Source: Mobula hypostoma
Lineage: Eukaryota
Length of the DNA: 64,000 nucleotides
Reading direction: 5' to 3'
Assembly: GCF_963921235.1 (NCBI RefSeq)
Contig: NC_086097.1
Coordinates: 78,184,001-78,248,000, forward strand
The position numbers and the translations under genes were made by a program. Each line of letters starts with the position of its first letter. Within the stretch, counting starts at the first letter, position 1. The notes under the pieces are model-generated. The model was not told the DNA's origin. It worked only from the letters and a program-made list of their open reading frames with translations, and made no database searches. Positions 63,560-64,000 of the stretch are shown one piece after another.

Positions 63560-64000
63560 ACCAGTGAAAAACTTGTCTTGCATTCTGTTTATGCTGACCA
63601 AATCATTACACAGTGCATTGAGCTAGAGTAAGGTAAAACAATTACAATACAGAATGAAGTGTAAAAGATATCATACAAAGTACAGCACAGGTTAACGATG
63701 AAGTTCAAGATCACAACAAGGTAGATTGTGAAGTCAAGGGTCCATTTTGTTATAGAAGAGGTCCACTCAAGGACTGATAACAGGGTGACCAAACTGTCCC
63801 TGTTCCCTGAGCCTGGTGGTGCATGCTTTCAAGCTTTGTATTTTAGATGGGAGAGGGGAGAAGAGAGAAAGTCCAGGGTAGATAGGGGCTTTGACTATTC
63901 TGGCTGCATAATTGGGACAACAAGAGTATAGACAGAGTCCATAGAGTGGAGTTTGATCCTGTGATGTGCTGAAGTCACTGCAGTCTCTTGTGGTCACATG
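63560..64000 (-). mobile_element. Rex1/Babar-like LINE 3' fragment
   Basis: IVKAPIYPGLSLFSPLPSKIQSLKACTTRLR, similar to the other Rex 3' ends in the window. Confidence 0.65.

Overview
This is eukaryotic, repeat-dense vertebrate DNA with no host protein-coding gene I can identify, so it is probably intergenic or a large intron. The repeat mix (CR1 LINEs, Rex1/Babar LINEs, Penelope-like elements with GIY-YIG remnants, V-SINE and Deu-SINE fragments) points to a cartilaginous fish, probably a ray; this is inference. Four structures stand out. (1) A very young 4,853-bp Gmr1-like Gypsy LTR element (42550-47402) has 860-bp LTRs differing at only 2 sites I could find and an ATAT target-site duplication (TSD). 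Its single 953-aa ORF keeps SCAN-type Gag, a zinc knuckle and a protease, followed by in-frame scraps of integrase and RT that lack their catalytic cores. (2) A ~2-kb ORF1-only Nimb/I-group LINE derivative with a ~16-bp TSD is nested in an IR/DR Tc1 transposon. (3) A 1.56-kb solo LTR is swollen with tandem arrays. (4) Several Penelope-derived inserts carry minimal hammerhead-ribozyme motifs and fold-back ends. A G-rich ~75-bp minisatellite also sits inside a CpG-rich, promoter-like region. Family assignments come from recalled motifs, not database searches. Boundaries of decayed repeats are approximate.
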